From: Moniliella sp. 'wahieum'
Taxonomy: Eukaryota
Direction of reading: 5' to 3'
DNA: 64,000 nt
NCBI GenBank assembly: GCA_003971905.1
Contig: RSEE01000038.1
Coordinates: 372,001 to 436,000, forward strand
Below, piece after piece: positions 60,399 through 64,000 of the stretch; position 1 is the first letter of the stretch, and every line of letters begins with the position of its first letter. The notes under the pieces were generated by a model. That model was not told the DNA's origin. It was given only the letters and a program-made list of their open reading frames with translations, and did no database searches. Made by a program: the position numbers and the translations under genes.

Positions 60399-61019
60399 CG
60401 CGCCTGACGCCAACAGGCAACGATGGCTCCTCGAAACGCTCCTTCCCAAATAAAATTATTGCCCCTTTCCTCGTTATGCCTTGCCACTGCAACGTTCCAA
60501 TAGGGTAGCTTCGCAGGATTTTCTATAGTCCCACCCCTTCCATCATTACTGCGCCACGTTAAATTGCCGGCCTGATTCCTACGGCCCCCACCCACCCCCA
60601 CCCACCCTCAAGCTTCAAGCCCCTCAAGAGAGTGCTTTTGATGTGGGCACAAGCTTATTACGTGGCAGCGCGCTCGCTGGGCATCGGGGTCCGGTGGCGG
60701 CGGCCGGTGCTCCGGAGTGTGGGTCGGGCTGCATTCGAGGTAAGATGCAGGATGATCGATGAAGGCATGCTAAGAAGAGGCAAACACCACAGCCAATGGA
60801 CGTGGGAATGCTCTCTAGTGGACGGTTTCCTGCACGGAGCACTGCATCCTGCCGAGAGCACTGCATGGCGCTGCTGCGGCCCGCGCCACGGTGGGCTCGT
60901 CGAAGCGGAAACGGCATGCATCGATATACTCCAATTGAGTTGCGCCCCCTCGGGGTTCCGGCGTGTCCTCAGCCCATATACAACTACGAATGCATACGCA
61001 TCAGTGCAGGGAGCGAAAG

Positions 61020-61027
61020 TATATAAA
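61020..61027 (+). promoter_or_regulatory. TATA box of the secreted-protein gene
   Basis: TATATAAA followed by a CT-rich leader and ACCACCATG at 61166. Confidence 0.6.
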
Positions 61028-61165
61028 GTAGCCTCTTTTGCCCATCCAGCACCACCCTCCCTCACCTCACCTCACCTCTTTCCACGGACACTTCCACTTC
61101 CAAACCACCCCTTTTCCCCTTCCTTTTCAAACCAAGCCCCCATCTCACACGCCCCAAGAACCACC

Positions 61166-61756
61166 ATGCACTTTTCCATGCTCTTCCCCGCCGCTCTTGC
61201 GCTCGCCACCACCGCCGTCGTGGCGATGCCTGCCCCCCTGGTGTCCCGGGCAACGGATGTGCTCGGCCCCTCCTCTCTCGTCCTCTACGAGGGCGAGTCG
61301 TGGAAGTACAACATTGATGTCGCCTCGACCAATGTCCTTTTGGCCGACCAAGCCGGCACTACTGGGCCCTTCAAAGTCAACGTGCTGAACACGACCCAGT
61401 CGGGTTCCACTCTCAAACTGGCTGGCCAGATCGTACTCGACAGCACGGGCCAGTGTGTCACCGCCTCGTCCAACCCGCCCGCCACGCACTTTGAAATGGA
61501 CACGTGTGTGACGGACAACACCAGTCCCAAGTACCCTACTCAGATGTTCTGGGGCACCGGCACGGTGGTGGATGCCGGCGGCTACTTCCTCCACGACCTT
61601 CGTTACAACCCCCACCACAGCACCCAGACCGACGCGCCTGTCTGGGACTACCTTATGGAGCATGATGCTGACAGTGGTGAGCTCCGTGCGGTCCAGACCA
61701 CTGGCGCCCATGCGTCCACGCTCGGATTTACGGGCAAGGTTTACTTTAGCTCTTGA
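61166..61756 (+). CDS. Small secreted protein (196 aa, 2 Cys), unknown function
   Basis: Uninterrupted ORF with signal peptide MHFSMLFPAALALATTAVVA, strong C/G third-position bias and a good start context. Confidence 0.8.
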   Translation: MHFSMLFPAALALATTAVVAMPAPLVSRATDVLGPSSLVLYEGESWKYNIDVASTNVLLADQAGTTGPFKVNVLNTTQSGSTLKLAGQIVLDSTGQCVTASSNPPATHFEMDTCVTDNTSPKYPTQMFWGTGTVVDAGGYFLHDLRYNPHHSTQTDAPVWDYLMEHDADSGELRAVQTTGAHASTLGFTGKVYFSS

Positions 61757-62765
61757 GCTTCCTCTAATGGACAATTTTTTTCTTACTCTTACCTCTCGGG
61801 TTCTCTTCCAAAAGAACATACCCCATTGACACTTTCTTCCTCTTTGTTGTGATGACGTCCTCCTGTTGGAGGACAACTCAATGATCGACACGACACGTTG
61901 AACCAACCCGCTTTCTATTACTGCCAAGTGTTGCATGGACTATTTGGTAGTGAGATAGAAGTTAAGTGTGGCCTAATAGTAGTAGTTATAGGCGTTAACC
62001 ACGTTCATCTCCCTATCCAGTCAGCATTCGATTAGCTATATCTAGAGAGGCTCGGGTCCCCCCCGGCCTGCTACTATTGGACGGTGAGTGTGCGAGAGTT
62101 GCTCAGAAAATGCCGATGCGCGCTGAGCGATCCAAGTACTAGACGAAACATTTCCCCTGCTCATGCGCTCATGCCTAGTCTTGCACCTGACGTGAATTTG
62201 AGCAGGAGTAACACTTGATGCTCGTGTATTCTGAACCGCATCGAGGTGGTTAAAGAGGTATTTTGTGTTGGATACAGGTTTCGCTTGCTTGAACAAGACG
62301 CGGATATACTTCTCTCGCCGTCGTCTCGAAGAAGGGGAAAACGAATACAGGGCATTGGTATTCGTTCGTTGGTGGGGGCAGAATCAAGTCGCGCCCCGCA
62401 ACCGTCGGAGTGTTCCAACACCCTTGGGCCCCCCTGCCCCTTCAAATCGGGGCTGGGCCTTGCATTACTTAGAGCCTTGGTACGTCCGCTTCCGCCGGTT
62501 TACGCGACACTGCAATTGACAATCGCCCACAGGCCGCACAAATTTGGAAGCACACCAAGGTGCCCGGGTGCTAGGGTTATATTTTCCTCCTGCCTCGTTG
62601 GCTGGCGTGGCGCCTGGTGCCTGGCCGCACTAGGCAAGTGTCTGTCGGGGCCAGGAAAGAAAAATTGGCGCGAGGCAGCCTAGGGCAGCCGGCTCTGCCA
62701 GAGCTGTCTGGGTCGTCGTCGCCGCGCTCCCGGCAAGCGCTGCTCTGCTCGCCATCACCACCACC

Positions 62766-64000
62766 ATGGGTACGTCCGCCCCTCCTCCCCCCCAGCTCGC
62801 ATGTGCGTCTCCATCTGACGCTCCCTCCCCCCAGCACCGAAGAAGGGCAACAAGAAGGTTTCTCTCAACGCATTCCTCAATGCTAACCCCAAGAACGACT
62901 GGGCCGATGACGACTTTGACCTCCCCACTGCCCCGGCCGCCAAGGATCCTTCGTTCGGTGGCAGCGGCCTAGACTTTGCTCCTGACCGCAAGGACCGCGA
63001 TGCTGGTGGTTGGGGTTCGGGAGGATATGGGCGCGAGCCGCGTGAGCCCCGGCCGGATGTGCCGCTGCCGACCGAGCCTCCCTTCACTGCCTTTGTGGGC
63101 AGCATGAGCTTTGACTCGACCGATTCTGACCTCGAGGCCTTCTTCGAAGGTCTGCCCATCAAGTCGATCCGCATCGTGACGGAAGGATTCTCGGGAAAGA
63201 GCAAGGGCTTTGGCTATGTCGAATTTGACACGCTCGAGGCGCTGCAGGACGCACTTGCCCGTACCGGTGGCGTGGTTACTGGCCGTCCGGTGCGCATCTC
63301 GGTCGCTGAACCCCCGCGCCACTCTGGCGGCTTCTCCGCTGCCGACAGTGCAGACCAGTGGCGCCGTTCGGGACCGGGTAACGAGCACTCGCTCCTCTTC
63401 CCGCGGTTTCGGGCATGGCTTTGAAGATGGTCCGTCGGGCTTTGACTCGATGGATGTGTCGGGCGGTGTGCGGGCCGGGTTCGGGTCCAAGTTCAACCCG
63501 GCTGCTGCTCCCCCGCGCTCGAGCCGCTTCGGAGGCGGAGAATTTGACCCTGCGGCGGGCGATGATGCTGCGAACTGGCGTACGGGCAAGCCGGTCGAGT
63601 CCCGCACGCCGCCCACGCGGCAATTCTCGCACGGCCCAGGGGCGGGGGAGGACGTGGTGCTGGACCGCTCGGCGTTTGGGCAGAAGGTCAACCACGCGCC
63701 TGTGCCGGACCAGCGTCCGGAACGGCCTGGCCGCATGGGCTTTGGCCGTTCGACGGAGGGTGAGGTGACCCTGGACCGGTCCGCCTTTGGCTCCAAGATG
63801 CCGGCGCCGGCACCGGAGCAGCAGCCGCGCCGGGGGTTCTTTGAGCGCCGCACGAGCAGCCACCCTACCTCCCCTGGCGCTACCCCGGCCGAGGAGGCGG
63901 ACCAATGGCGTCGCTCGAGCCCTGTTGCGCCCAGTGCGCCGCGCGAGCGGCAGCACCTCAAGCTGCAGCCGCGTAGCACTGCCCTGCCCCCCGTCGGGAG
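62766..64000 (+). CDS. TIF3: Translation initiation factor eIF4B (RRM); intron 62770-62833; runs off the window
   Basis: MAPKKGNKKVSLNAFL...DWADDDFDLPTAP; RRM PLPTEPPFTAFVGSMSF...KSKGFGYVEF; DQWRR repeats; RQHLKLQPRS. Confidence 0.9.

Overview
Eukaryotic, GC-rich fungal DNA with short GT-AG introns (GTRNGT donors, CTRAC branch points). The gene content and style suggest a basidiomycete (inference). About 24 protein-coding genes are recognisable: PP4R1-like HEAT protein, ankyrin protein, GPI-anchored hydrolase-like protein, aspartate kinase, DH-PH-FYVE RhoGEF, UV endonuclease, MFS and Gpr1/Fun34 transporters, Hrd3, a metallothionein-like gene missed by the ORF track, PP2A-B56, an MDR reductase, an SP-RING protein, an acyltransferase, Trs85, two probable mitoribosomal proteins, ceramide synthase, an NDUFA11/Tim17-family protein, Sec12, Erv29, eIF4B and secreted orphans. 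There is also an intron-containing tRNA-Val(AAC) and one full-length, young Ty1/copia LTR retrotransposon (7376-12414). Almost every gene is broken by 1-nt indels, most likely unpolished long-read errors, so CDS boundaries are approximate. The most unusual signal is a family of intergenic tandem micro-arrays built from a 6-bp palindrome plus one base, such as (AAGCTT-C)n, (AACGTT-C)n, (ACCGGT-T)n, (ACATGT-C)n and (ATGCAT-C)n. These sit at gene boundaries, and the copia element is inserted exactly into one of them. That element also has gag and pol separated by a single in-frame TAG, very short LTRs and no recognisable primer-binding site.
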